64,000 nt of DNA from IMG/VR virus record IMGVR_UViG_3300033163_000174. One strand, given 5' to 3'. The notes beneath the pieces were generated by a model. It saw only the letters and a program-made list of their open reading frames with translations. It was not told the DNA's origin and made no database searches. The position numbers and the translations under genes are program-made. Source of the stretch: an uncultured virus (IMG/VR IMGVR_UViG_3300033163_000174) (Duplodnaviria; Heunggongvirae; Uroviricota; Caudoviricetes). This document shows positions 29,317 to 38,228 of this stretch, piece by piece (within the stretch, counting starts at the first letter, position 1; the number at the start of each line of letters is the position of its first letter).

Positions 29317-29975
29317 ATGCCTCTTTAGATACAGATATTGTCATTCACTTATATTCTAGTGAAAAGAAGGAATTATTTTTTAAATCCTTTGAAGAGTTAT
29401 ATATGCATGAATATCTATATGAAGAAGAGCTAAAAAGAAAATCATTAAAAACATACAAGGCTTTTTCTTCCGACGTAGAAGACGGGAAAATTTCAATTAT
29501 AAAAAACAAAGATCTAATAGAGATGGGGATAAAAGGACTTTTTGAAGGTTATAAAAGAGATTATCAATATCTTTTTGATAGTGGAGAATTATACTCGGTG
29601 TGTTTAGCTAAATCAATGGGGCTATTTGCTTTTGTATCAGATGATACCAAAGAATTTGGACCACATGAAACCTTGGTCAAAGAATTAATTAAAGATGTTA
29701 TGCCGTTTTCATTCTATGAACTTTTATTTTTAGAGTTTTTAGCCGGAGATCTTACAGCTGTACAAATGCATGAAGAGTTTGAAACTGTTACTTCTAGGAG
29801 CATGAGTAAATTTCCTATGAATTTTAAAAGTAGAATGTTAACCACAGTTCGTAGGTTTAGCAGTAAAAACGGTACGGAAAGAGATTATGAATGGATTCAG
29901 GATTATTGTAGAAAAAAGAGTATTAGCTATAACGTAAAGATGAGGGAATTAAAAGTGTATCTCTCAACATTTTAA
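29313..29975 (+). CDS. PIN-like domain protein (putative RNase toxin)
   Basis: N-terminal LDTDIVI, DSGELYS..LA, VSDD acidic motifs. Confidence 0.7.
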   Translation: MNASLDTDIVIHLYSSEKKELFFKSFEELYMHEYLYEEELKRKSLKTYKAFSSDVEDGKISIIKNKDLIEMGIKGLFEGYKRDYQYLFDSGELYSVCLAKSMGLFAFVSDDTKEFGPHETLVKELIKDVMPFSFYELLFLEFLAGDLTAVQMHEEFETVTSRSMSKFPMNFKSRMLTTVRRFSSKNGTERDYEWIQDYCRKKSISYNVKMRELKVYLSTF

Positions 29976-29987
29976 TAAAACTATGAA

Positions 29988-30026
29988 GCTCTGGTTAATG
30001 AACTGGAGCTTTTTCTATACCTTTGT
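29988..30026 (+). repeat. 39-bp direct repeat copy 2 (terminator-like hairpin)
   Basis: Identical to 27998-28036. Confidence 0.95.
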
Positions 30027-30139
30027 CTTTCCTCGTTTCAGAACGCTGTGCAACGATAAATAAAAAAAACACTATAAAACGCAACGACAAATGCAACGAG
30101 AGCCTTATCGTTGCAAACGAATTTATGGAGGTGAACTTG

Positions 30140-30508
30140 ATGCCCTGGAAACCAAAGAGCATCTGTAACTATCCTGGGTGTCAAATCTTAACCCATGATA
30201 GATATTGTGAAGGACATAAAAAAGAAATGACTAGAAAACAAAACGAGAGAAGCTCAAAGCTTTATACCTATCAGTGGAGAAAAGCCAGTAAAGATTTCTT
30301 AAGAAGGAATCCCCTGTGTATCCACTGCGAAAGAGCTGGTAGAATTACTCCTGCAACAGAAGTGGACCACATCAAACCCCATGGAGGAGATCAGAAACTC
30401 TTCTGGGACAAAAGAAACTGGCAGCCTCTTTGTAAGAGTTGTCATTCAAAGAAGACTGCCAAGGAAGATGGTGGTTTTGGCAACAGTCCAGGAAACAGAT
30501 GGGGGTAG
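30140..30508 (+). CDS. HNH endonuclease, terminase-associated (HK97 gp74-like)
   Basis: PLCIHC..ATEVDHIKPH..NWQPLCKSCHSKKT. Confidence 0.88.
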   Translation: MPWKPKSICNYPGCQILTHDRYCEGHKKEMTRKQNERSSKLYTYQWRKASKDFLRRNPLCIHCERAGRITPATEVDHIKPHGGDQKLFWDKRNWQPLCKSCHSKKTAKEDGGFGNSPGNRWG

Positions 30509-30592
30509 GGGGTCTGAATCTCTACAGCCTTGTGTTTCCAACAACGCGCGGGGGTCTTCTGTGAAAAATCGCAAAAATCACAAGGGGGGTAT
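30500..30592. other. Probable cos/packaging initiation region
   Basis: G-rich GGGGTAGGGGG, AATCTCTA, GC-rich ACGCGCGGGG and AAAAATC repeats right after the HNH gene, as in cos-type phages. Confidence 0.45.
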
Positions 30593-30806
30593 ATCAGGGA
30601 TTTCAGCCTGAGTAACGGCTGAGGGCGTTTCCCATGAAATAGGCATGGTTACAAGCTTTAAGAGGAATACGAAATAGATGAACTAGATTAGAAATTTAAG
30701 TAAATAGGATACTGAAAAATGACTATTTTGATAGTATTTTCAGCAGTTTTTAGCCTGATGACAGCGGTCACGGGCTTTTTTAATGCAAAGAAACGGAGGG
30801 ATAAAA

Positions 30807-32051
30807 GTGAATCAAGACATGAATATAAGAAAAGTGGCAGTATCTAAAATTAACCCGGCTAAATACAATCCAAGAAAAGATTTAAAGCCAGGGGATCCAG
30901 CCTATGAAAAATTAAAGCGGTCCATGACGGAGTTTGGTTATGTGGAGCCGATTATCTGGAATGAGGAAACGGGAAACATTGTAGGTGGTCACCAACGTTA
31001 TAAGATTCTTTTAGAGGAAGGCCATGATGAAGTGGAATGTGTAGTGGTCAAGCTATCCTCTGAAAGAGAAAAAGCACTTAATGTGGCCCTAAATAAAGTA
31101 ACAGGCGACTGGGAGTTTGAGGCTTTAGCAGACCTTATAAAAGATTTAGAAGCACAGGACTTTGATGTTACATTAACTGGATTTGATGCTGCAGAAATTG
31201 AAGACCTCTTTAGCCAGGTTCATGATAAGGATGTGAATGAAGATGATTTTGACGTTGATGCGGCACTAGAAGAAGAACCTATATCAAAACAAGGTGATAT
31301 TTGGATTTTAGGAAAACACCGACTTATTTGTGGTGATAGTACGAAAGCTGAAACCTTTGAAAAACTCATGGATGGAAAGAAAGGAAACCTTGTGGTGACA
31401 GACCCTCCGTATGGGGTTTCATACGATGGAAGTCAAGGAACGATAAAAAATGACAACCTCCAAGACGAGGAGTTTTATAAGTTTCTACTAGATGCCTTTA
31501 TCAATATGGAAAATCATATGGCTAATGACGCATCAATTTATATATTCCATGCAGATACAAAAGGCCATATTTTTAGAAAGGCTTTTCAGGATGCAGGTTT
31601 TTATCTTTCAGGAGTCTGCCAGTGGGTAAAGCAATCACTAGTATTAGGAAGATCGCCCTATCAATGGAAACATGAGCCTTGTCTCTTTGGCTGGAAGAAA
31701 AAGGGGAAACATAAATGGTATGCAGGAAGATCAGAGACAACAGTCTGGAATTTTGACAAACCTTCAAGGAGTGAACTCCATAGTACCATGAAGCCAGTGC
31801 CTTTAATAGCTTACCCAATAAAGAATAGCTCTAGTGTAAATTCTATTGTAATAGATCCTTTTGGAGGGTCGGGGAGTACTTTGATTGCCTGTGAACAAAC
31901 TGATAGAATTTGCTATACAGCTGAGCTTGATGAAAAATTCGCAGATGTTATTGCGAAAAGATATATGGAAGCTGTAGGCTCTGATGAAGATGTATTTCTA
32001 TTAAGAGATGGCGAGAAAATCAAATATAGTGAACTGGAAAAAGAGCAGTAG
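30807..32051 (+). CDS. ParB-like N-domain + N4/N6 DNA methyltransferase
   Basis: YNPRK..GGHQR; TDPPY; HSTMKP; DPFGGSGST. Confidence 0.9.
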   Translation: MNQDMNIRKVAVSKINPAKYNPRKDLKPGDPAYEKLKRSMTEFGYVEPIIWNEETGNIVGGHQRYKILLEEGHDEVECVVVKLSSEREKALNVALNKVTGDWEFEALADLIKDLEAQDFDVTLTGFDAAEIEDLFSQVHDKDVNEDDFDVDAALEEEPISKQGDIWILGKHRLICGDSTKAETFEKLMDGKKGNLVVTDPPYGVSYDGSQGTIKNDNLQDEEFYKFLLDAFINMENHMANDASIYIFHADTKGHIFRKAFQDAGFYLSGVCQWVKQSLVLGRSPYQWKHEPCLFGWKKKGKHKWYAGRSETTVWNFDKPSRSELHSTMKPVPLIAYPIKNSSSVNSIVIDPFGGSGSTLIACEQTDRICYTAELDEKFADVIAKRYMEAVGSDEDVFLLRDGEKIKYSELEKEQ

Positions 32052-32093
32052 CTTTAGGGCTAAGGCTCTTTTTTATTGATAGGAGTTGATAGA

Positions 32094-32570
32094 TTGAAAG
32101 AAATACAGATTACTCAAGGAAAGAAAGTATTGGTTAGCGATGAAGATTTTAAAGAAGTCTCAAAATATAAATGGTCCTATAGTGCCTCTACAGGATATGC
32201 AGTTAGAAAAGGAAGAAAGAACTGTAATGAGCCTAGAACAGTTCACATGCATAGAGTTATTTTGAAAGCTAATGCAGGCGAACAAGTAGACCATATAAAT
32301 GGAAATAAGCTGGATAACAGAAAATCTAATTTAAGAATTGCTTCTGTACAGAAGAATTCTTTTAATAGGAAAAAACCTCAAGTAAAATGCACATCCCAAT
32401 ATAAAGGTGTATTAAAACGCAAAAATTCCACCAAATGGGAAGCCAGAATAAAGATCAATAATAAAGCTATTTACTTAGGTAAATATGTCTACGAGATAGA
32501 TGCAGCAAGAGCCTATAATGAAGCGGCTCAAAAATATTTTGGAGAATTTGCAAGATGTAATGAGGTATAG
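32094..32570 (+). CDS. HNH-AP2 homing-type endonuclease
   Basis: MHRVI..VDHINGNKLDNRKSNL; AP2 domain WEARI..YLG..AARAYNEAA. Confidence 0.88.
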   Translation: MKEIQITQGKKVLVSDEDFKEVSKYKWSYSASTGYAVRKGRKNCNEPRTVHMHRVILKANAGEQVDHINGNKLDNRKSNLRIASVQKNSFNRKKPQVKCTSQYKGVLKRKNSTKWEARIKINNKAIYLGKYVYEIDAARAYNEAAQKYFGEFARCNEV

Positions 32571-32581
32571 GAGGTGGAATT

Positions 32582-34105
32582 TTGAAATTTATAGATTTAT
32601 GCTCTGGTATCGGTGGGTTTAGGCTGGGACTTGAACTTGCAGGATATCAGTGTATAGGTTTTTGTGAAAATGATAAATTCGCTGTAAGAAGCTACAGGGC
32701 GATGTTTGATACGAAAGGAGAGTGGTTCGCAGGTGACGTTACAAAACTTAAATCAGAAGAAATACCCTATGCAGACATCTGGTGTTTTGGATTCCCATGC
32801 CAGGATATCTCCGTTGCTGGAAAACAGAAGGGACTTAGGGGAGAAAGAAGTGGAATCTATTTCAGCATTATTGACCTCGTCAAAGGCAAAAAAGAAGAAG
32901 ATAAACCCACATTCTTACTCGTTGAGAACGTTAAGAACCTGCTATCAATTAATGGTGGATTTGATTTTGCCACAGTTCTCTCTGAGCTGGATGAAGCAGG
33001 GTATGATGCAATGTGGCAAGTGCTTAACTCTAAAGACTTCGGAGTTCCCCAAAATAGAGAGCGTGTGTTCATTATCGCAAATCTTAGAAGCAGAGGTAGA
33101 CGAGAAATATTACCTATCGGAGGAGAAAACACAGCAGCTCTTAAGCAAATTATAGGCGGAATGCAAGGTTATAGGGTTTATGATACAGATGGAATTTCAG
33201 CCACTCTTGTGGGTAACGCTGGGGGAGTTGGTGCAAAGACTGGCCTTTATAAAGTTGGAAATATTAATCCAAGTGGTAAAGGTGCAAGTGGCAATGTTTA
33301 TGACACCGATGGGATTTCTCCAACTTTGACGGCTAATGGTGGTGGAACGGGTGCAAAAACAGGCCTTTATTTTATAGATCAATCCAATACCAAAAGTAAG
33401 ATAACAGAAAACTCAAGATGTATTACTTCAAGATACACAGCAGGGATTGTCAATAGAACAGCTACAAATAGTGCGGTTTTAGAAGCAAGGGCTGTTATAA
33501 CACCTGATCGGGAAGATAAAAGGCAAAATGGCAGAAGAATGAAAGCGTCCGAAGAGCCTATGTTCACCTTGACGTCTCAAGACAGGCACGGAGTAGCTAT
33601 TTTAAAAGCAACAAGAAATGAGTATGGAAAAGAAATACGAAAGAAATATGAGTCAGGAGAAATAAAAGAAAGTAGGCATAATATGACAGAGCTAAAGCCT
33701 AGAGAAGATGGCGTGTCCAATACACTAACCTCTGTTCAAAAGGATAATTTACTTTTATCTCCAAAAGTTGCAATAAAAGAAGCGACTAAAAAGGGTTACG
33801 CTGAAGCTGAAATTGGTGACAGTATAAATATTTCAGTTCCAAATTCAAAAACAAGAAGAGGCAGAGTTGGAAAGGGTATCTCAAACACTATAGATACTGG
33901 GTGTCAAATGGCTACCCTAGATAAAAACTATCGAATTAGAAGGCTTACTCCTAAAGAATGCTTTAGACTCCAGGGATTTCCCGATGAAATGTTTGAAAAA
34001 GCAAGGGAAGTAAACTCAGATGCTCAACTTTATAAACAGGCTGGAAATGCAGTAACGGTAAATGTAGCCTATGTTATTGCAAAATCCTTAAAAAACAATA
34101 AATAA
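32582..34105 (+). CDS. C5 DNA cytosine methyltransferase with long multi-TRD variable region
   Basis: DLCSGIGG, GFPCQ, ENV, QNRERVF, RRLTPKEC.RLQGF, QAGNAV. Confidence 0.93.
   Translation: MKFIDLCSGIGGFRLGLELAGYQCIGFCENDKFAVRSYRAMFDTKGEWFAGDVTKLKSEEIPYADIWCFGFPCQDISVAGKQKGLRGERSGIYFSIIDLVKGKKEEDKPTFLLVENVKNLLSINGGFDFATVLSELDEAGYDAMWQVLNSKDFGVPQNRERVFIIANLRSRGRREILPIGGENTAALKQIIGGMQGYRVYDTDGISATLVGNAGGVGAKTGLYKVGNINPSGKGASGNVYDTDGISPTLTANGGGTGAKTGLYFIDQSNTKSKITENSRCITSRYTAGIVNRTATNSAVLEARAVITPDREDKRQNGRRMKASEEPMFTLTSQDRHGVAILKATRNEYGKEIRKKYESGEIKESRHNMTELKPREDGVSNTLTSVQKDNLLLSPKVAIKEATKKGYAEAEIGDSINISVPNSKTRRGRVGKGISNTIDTGCQMATLDKNYRIRRLTPKECFRLQGFPDEMFEKAREVNSDAQLYKQAGNAVTVNVAYVIAKSLKNNK
32769..33155 (+). 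CDS. Nested alternative-frame ORF, putative methyltransferase beta-subunit-like polypeptide
   Basis: +1 frame inside the C5 MTase gene; ends CSLSQILEAEVDEKYYLSEEK. Confidence 0.55.
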   Translation: MQTSGVLDSHARISPLLENRRDLGEKEVESISALLTSSKAKKKKINPHSYSLRTLRTCYQLMVDLILPQFSLSWMKQGMMQCGKCLTLKTSEFPKIESVCSLSQILEAEVDEKYYLSEEKTQQLLSKL

Positions 34106-34137
34106 AAGTTGTAGATGGTAAATTCAAAATAAAAAAA

Positions 34138-34290
34138 GCACTTTAAAGAAGGCAATTTAAAACGAATGCCTTCCAAGAGATGCAAAATGATTTAAAACCA
34201 AAATTATTAATTAAAAAAATGAAGAAGTTATAAAGACTTTAGAGCTTTAAAATTTAGGTTTATCTAGTAATAAGTTGCTAAAAGATGTGA
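34138..34290 (+). pseudogene. Decayed copy of abiEi leader and 5' end
   Basis: GCACTTTAAAGAAGGCAATT..ATGCCT.CCAAGAG.TGCAAAATGA matches 35125-35177; following sequence aligns to abiEi with stops and deletions. Confidence 0.75.
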
Positions 34291-34471
34291 AAGTAGTCTT
34301 AGAAGATGGAACAACCGCCCAAGTTATTGTGTAAATTATGAAGCACCCACCAAAGTATTTATAGCCCTAAAAAAAGAATCATCATTTCTCAAGATTGTAC
34401 TTGCTATTATGTAGATTCAGAGGCATTAATGGTAGTACCCAAAGCAAAGAAATCTTAAGGAGGTCAGAGAA

Positions 34472-34663
34472 ATGATGATTAAGAAAAAGGACAAATTTGA
34501 ATGGGGGAGTGGAAAGGCATACGAAATCGCAGGAAGATGGGGAAAAGATTTTATCTTATCACCCATTAAAGAAAGCGATGATGAATGCCTGGTTTACACA
34601 CCCTCAGAGATGGAGGAATTTTTAGAAACAGGGCATTTCAAAAGAGTGGGAGGCGAGAAATAA
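34472..34663 (+). CDS. Small hypothetical protein
   Basis: AAGGAGGT RBS; coupled to next gene. Confidence 0.7.
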   Translation: MMIKKKDKFEWGSGKAYEIAGRWGKDFILSPIKESDDECLVYTPSEMEEFLETGHFKRVGGEK

Positions 34664-34974
34664 TGAGAGCTTTATTTGGAAGAAAGGTTTGTGACTTAAA
34701 AGAACTGAGGGAACTTACCCATCAAGCCATTAAAGATGGACAAAAGGGGCAGCCCTACACCATTACCAGAGAAGTAATTTTAAAGGGCAAAGAGTTTAGG
34801 GACTTTGCAGAAGACTTTTTTAAGGACCAAGATTGGATTACTGCAGAAGATGGCGGAGTCAATCAAGAAGGTGAAGTCAGATGCATTAGGGTAGTCAACA
34901 TCGACACCGGGGAGAAGGTTCTGGTGAACACAGAAGGGTATTCCTGGCCACGCTACACCGGTCTTGAGATATAG
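34663..34974 (+). CDS. Small hypothetical protein
   Basis: MRALFGRK..VNTEGYSWPRYTG; followed by terminator. Confidence 0.75.
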   Translation: MRALFGRKVCDLKELRELTHQAIKDGQKGQPYTITREVILKGKEFRDFAEDFFKDQDWITAEDGGVNQEGEVRCIRVVNIDTGEKVLVNTEGYSWPRYTGLEI

Positions 34975-34984
34975 GAAATCATAA

Positions 34985-35008
34985 AGAAGGGCATAAAGCC
35001 CTTTTTTT
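34985..35008 (+). terminator. Intrinsic terminator
   Basis: AAGGGC-ATAAA-GCCCTT plus T-tract. Confidence 0.7.
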
Positions 35009-35095
35009 AGATTGAGTATTTAATTACCCGAACTAAAAGATCGAATGCGGAAAATCAGATACATTTCTTTAATCGAAAAAACTAAATCAAAATTG

Positions 35096-35160
35096 TTGCA
35101 GATTAAGTTAAATTGTGGTAAAATGCACTTTAAAGAAGGCAATTAAAAACAAATGCCTGC
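35096..35160 (+). promoter_or_regulatory. abiE promoter with inverted-repeat operator
   Basis: TTGCAG-17 bp-TAAAAT (extended TG); AGGCA..TGCCT inverted repeat downstream. Confidence 0.65.
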
Positions 35161-35173
35161 CAAGAGGTGCAAA

Positions 35174-35773
35174 ATGATAAAAAAAATTGAAAAACTAAAA
35201 AATGAATTTATAAAAAATGGAGGAGTTCTAAAGACATCAGAGCTTAAAGAATTGGGCATAACTAGTCGTCAGATTAATAAGTTGCTAGAAGAGGGAATGA
35301 TTTCTAAAATTAAATATGGATTTTATGAATCGAATGAATATCCTCCAAAAGAACAGGTTATTATATCGAGACTATTTCCTAAAGCAGTGATTTTTCTAGA
35401 AAGTGCATTGATGCATTACGGATATACAGATAGGATACCTTTAGCTTGGCAAATAGCTGTGGATAGGCATAGCAAACCTAATCAATATGATATTGAATAT
35501 CCTGTAATAGAGCCTTATTATCTAGAACCTAAGTTTATTGACATTGGGGTAGATATAATCTGTGAAGATGGTGTAGACATTAGAATATATGATAGGGATC
35601 GAACAATATGCGATACACTTCGATATAAAAACAAATTAGAAGAAGAAGTTTTTACTCATGCGATAAAAAGTTACCTAAAAGACCCTAAGAAAAATGTAAG
35701 AAGGCTATTTGAATATGCTGGAGAGTTTAATATCACAAATAAAGTACAAATATATCTAGGAGTGTGGTTGTAA
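35174..35773 (+). CDS. abiEi: Type IV TA antitoxin, AbiEi family
   Basis: N-terminal wHTH (KIKYGFY), SALMHYG, YDRDRTICD. Confidence 0.85.
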   Translation: MIKKIEKLKNEFIKNGGVLKTSELKELGITSRQINKLLEEGMISKIKYGFYESNEYPPKEQVIISRLFPKAVIFLESALMHYGYTDRIPLAWQIAVDRHSKPNQYDIEYPVIEPYYLEPKFIDIGVDIICEDGVDIRIYDRDRTICDTLRYKNKLEEEVFTHAIKSYLKDPKKNVRRLFEYAGEFNITNKVQIYLGVWL

Positions 35774-36669
35774 TGAAAGATGTAGCAGCATCAGTTTTAG
35801 CAAGGTTAAAAGACAAAGCGAAAAAACAAGGGCTCCCACTCCAACAACTTTTGAATCTCTTTTGTCAGGAAGAATTTATCAGAAGGCTTTCAGATAGTAG
35901 CTATAAAGAAAATCTAATTCTTAAAGGGGGATATCTGTTATATTCGATTAGTGGATTCACTACCAGGTCTACAATAGATGCAGACTATCTTTTGAAAAAT
36001 TATTCAAATGATTTAAAAGATATAGAAATTCTTGTTAAAGAGATTATATCTCAACCTGGGAAAAATGATTTTATAGAGTTCCAAATTAGAAGTTTAGAGG
36101 AAATTAGTGAAATCAAAGAATATCACGGGATTAGAGTTAATCTTATGGGAATTATAGGGAAGACAAAAACACCTTTTAGCATAGATTTTGGAGTAGGGGA
36201 TATTATTATACCTTCTCCAGTTGAAAGGATGCTACCAGTAATACTTCCAGATTTTGAAGAACCAGAAGTATTAACCTACTCTTTAGAATCTACAGTATCA
36301 GAAAAACTAGATGCAATTATTTCTTTGATGGAAGCGACAGGTCGTATGAAGGATTTTTACGACATATATTATTTAGCGACCACATTTAATTTTGAAGGAA
36401 GAAAACTTCAAGAAGCAATTTATGAAACACTTTCTAATCGAGGTACCCCACATGAAAAAGATTCAATCCTTGTTATAGCAAGGCTTGCTGATAACACTGA
36501 TATTCAAAAGAGGTGGAATAATTTCTGTAAAAAGATATTGAAATACGAACTAGATTTTAAAGTTGTGATAGATACAATCATTGATTTTACCTTACTTCCC
36601 TATCAATCAATAATTAACCAAGATGAGTTCTTTAAAAAATGGAGCTATGAAGATAAAAAATATATTTAA
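35773..36669 (+). CDS. abiEii: Type IV TA toxin, AbiEii nucleotidyltransferase
   Basis: ILKGG, RSTIDAD, SEKLDA, RMKDFYD. Confidence 0.9.
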   Translation: MKDVAASVLARLKDKAKKQGLPLQQLLNLFCQEEFIRRLSDSSYKENLILKGGYLLYSISGFTTRSTIDADYLLKNYSNDLKDIEILVKEIISQPGKNDFIEFQIRSLEEISEIKEYHGIRVNLMGIIGKTKTPFSIDFGVGDIIIPSPVERMLPVILPDFEEPEVLTYSLESTVSEKLDAIISLMEATGRMKDFYDIYYLATTFNFEGRKLQEAIYETLSNRGTPHEKDSILVIARLADNTDIQKRWNNFCKKILKYELDFKVVIDTIIDFTLLPYQSIINQDEFFKKWSYEDKKYI

Positions 36670-36933
36670 AAGAAGGTAGGTTTTCATTAACCTACTTTTT
36701 TAATGTCCTTAAATACCTTCCTATAACAGAATAGCAGCTTTTCAGGTTCAAATTCTATATAAAACCTAAAACCAAGTAATAATTTGTATCGTGTTACGTT
36801 TTAATAAGTTATAGTTCAGTGGAGTGTTTGAAAACATTGAAATTACAATGAAAATCAGCATGTTTATAAAAAAATGAGTTGCTATTATGTAGAATTTGAG
36901 TGATTAATGTAAGTACCAAATACAAAGGGAGGT

Positions 36934-37761
36934 ATGAACATGGATCGAAAAGAGATGATCAAAAGACTAGGTGAGCATTTTGGTGTAAAACCTAAATACT
37001 TGAGCGTTCCAACTTTCAATTATGAGATTAGGACAAATACTGAAGTTTACACAATCGATAGACATGGAACCATTACAAAAGCAGATGGTGACACCATCAC
37101 CATGGATGAAATTTTAAACGGGCCTATAGTGGAAGAATTTACTGAAAATCTAGAAGAAGCTAATGCATGGGAAGAACCTAATGCATGGGAAGAAGGGGTA
37201 AATGAAGCAACAGCTCCAAATCTTCAGGAACTAGAGGGTGTAGAAGTAAAGCTTCCCATAGAAGACCAAACAGCCACAAGCCTTAAGAACATTATAAACA
37301 TGCTTTATAGCAAGCAGCAATTAATCATGATGGCATTTGAGACAGATGAACCTTTTATGGATGAGGATTTTGCAGAGGATTTAAACAAAGAAGAAGCCTT
37401 AGATTTAGAGGGACTTAAAAAGGTCACTCAAAGGCTAGGTGCTGAAAGATGCCCAGGGTTTCAGGTTGACTTTGAGGAAGGGACCTTCAGCTTTTACCTT
37501 TACGGATCAGAGCTAAGTGATGAGAGAATATCCGCCTTTAAAGACTTAGTGGCCCTGATAGCTCAGTATGCTAAAACCCTGAACCGAGCATCCTTTAAAC
37601 AAGCCCAAGATGACAATCCAAAGTACGCCCTTAGAACTTGGCTTATTCGAATTGGGATGAATGGGCCAGAGTATAAGGAAACCAGAAAGACCCTTCTAAA
37701 ACATTTAGAGGGAAGTGGAGCTTTTAGAAAGGCAGGTGTTTTAGATGAAACCCAAATGTAG
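36934..37761 (+). CDS. Conserved prophage accessory ('virulence-related') protein
   Basis: NPKYALRTWLIRIGMNGPEYKETRKTLL..LEGSGAFR C-terminus. Confidence 0.75.
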   Translation: MNMDRKEMIKRLGEHFGVKPKYLSVPTFNYEIRTNTEVYTIDRHGTITKADGDTITMDEILNGPIVEEFTENLEEANAWEEPNAWEEGVNEATAPNLQELEGVEVKLPIEDQTATSLKNIINMLYSKQQLIMMAFETDEPFMDEDFAEDLNKEEALDLEGLKKVTQRLGAERCPGFQVDFEEGTFSFYLYGSELSDERISAFKDLVALIAQYAKTLNRASFKQAQDDNPKYALRTWLIRIGMNGPEYKETRKTLLKHLEGSGAFRKAGVLDETQM

Positions 37762-37933
37762 ACTGATAGGGGAAGATGGTAACATTTTTAATCTCATGGG
37801 GATTGCTACAAGAACCCTTAAAAAAGCAGGGCAATCTGAAAAGGCAAAAGAGATGACTAGGCGGATTACAACTGAAGCCAAAAGCTACGATGAAGCCCTA
37901 GCAATACTGATGGAATATGTGGATGTAGAATAG
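37745..37933 (+). CDS. Small hypothetical protein
   Basis: LIGEDGNIFNLMG..SYDEAL. Confidence 0.7.
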   Translation: MKPKCRLIGEDGNIFNLMGIATRTLKKAGQSEKAKEMTRRITTEAKSYDEALAILMEYVDVE

Positions 37934-37937
37934 GAGG

Positions 37938-38153
37938 GTGAAAATGGATAAATTTTTTAGTCAGAAACACTGTGATCGGTGCGAGGGAAGTTTAAAAGGT
38001 GGACGGATTATGTCCATGTTCAGTGAAGACGTACTTTGTATGACTTGTAAGGATAAGGAAACCAAGGACCCTGAATACAAAAAAGCTGTAGAAGTAGATC
38101 ATGAAGAAATTAAAAAAGGGAACTTTAATTACAAAGGCATCCGTGGAAAATAA
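37938..38153 (+). CDS. Small Zn-binding hypothetical protein
   Basis: CDRC...CMTC. Confidence 0.7.
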   Translation: MKMDKFFSQKHCDRCEGSLKGGRIMSMFSEDVLCMTCKDKETKDPEYKKAVEVDHEEIKKGNFNYKGIRGK

Positions 38154-38228
38154 CGCAAACAAAAACTAAAAGATGAATGAAGACCTGCGGGTCTTTTTTC
38201 TTTGCAGAAAATGAAGGGGGTGAAAGTT

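Noticed and set aside
37153..37194. 18-bp in-frame duplication (EEANAWEEPNAWEE)
   Set aside because: Simple slippage in an acidic linker with no sign of function
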